DNA of 64,000 nucleotides from Geosiphon pyriformis uo1 (Eukaryota; Fungi; Glomeromycota), in NCBI GenBank assembly GCA_016748015.1, contig JAAOMT010000777.1:380246-444245 (forward strand), in the 5' to 3' direction. This document shows positions 63,805 through 64,000 of the stretch, piece after piece. Numbering within the stretch: the stretch's first letter is position 1; every line of letters starts with the position of its first letter. The notes beneath the pieces are model-generated. The model was not told the origin of the DNA, did not search any database, and saw only the letters and a list, made by a program, of their open reading frames with translations. Position numbers and translations under genes: made by a program.

Positions 63805-63960
63805 GTGTTGCTGTGTTTGGAGAGCTTAACAACATGACATTGTGCTATCTTCTATGCAATTATGCAAGTATGCGAAGAATCAAATTGACAGCTTTTATTA
63901 TTGATCATCAGTTGGGAGTAAGAGGCAAAAAGTGTCACAGATGTATTATCAAAATTAGGG
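63805..63960 (+). pseudogene. Mutated exon of a TilS-like (tRNA(Ile)-lysidine synthase) PP-loop ATPase
   Basis: After an AG acceptor: VAVFGELNNMTLCYLL..LTAFIIDHQL, then frameshifted EAKSVTDVLSKLG; matches VAVSGGxDSMxL..VDHxLR after reversing transitions. Confidence 0.65.
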
Positions 63961-64000
63961 TTTTTTTTACTGAGAATTTGTCATTTGTATTTAGAATCCT

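Overview
AT-rich, intron-containing fungal DNA with several N-gaps. Gene and repeat style suggest Glomeromycotina, possibly Geosiphon-like (inference, not verified). Roughly three quarters is nested, decaying transposable elements. It holds three Ty3/Gypsy LTR retrotransposons on the minus strand: A (1-7675) and B (6684-16515) in tandem sharing one LTR, and a divergent C (51596-61366, 4-bp TSD ACTT). It also holds one solo LTR, three LINE copies (the full-length one with APE-RT-RNase H-zinc finger), an ORF1-only retroposon sharing the LINE 3' tail, and a DNA-transposon relic next to a mutated TilS-like exon. Host genes: a GPI-anchored Ser/Thr/Pro-rich protein, an REase-like pseudogene, and a compact island of a basic hypothetical protein, MET22/HAL2, CENP-A (CSE4) and KHA1. 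The best candidate for an undescribed system is the Gypsy architecture shared by two divergent families. One ORF with an apparent GTG start encodes an N-terminal helical domain, Gag, protease, a multi-CxxC domain, dUTPase, RT and RNase H, and ends at a conserved stop. The integrase is then a separate ATG-initiated ORF, followed by a conserved soluble third ORF in the env position (seen in B and C; this part of A is outside the window). Repeats show graded C-to-T/G-to-A hypermutation that is not limited to CpG.
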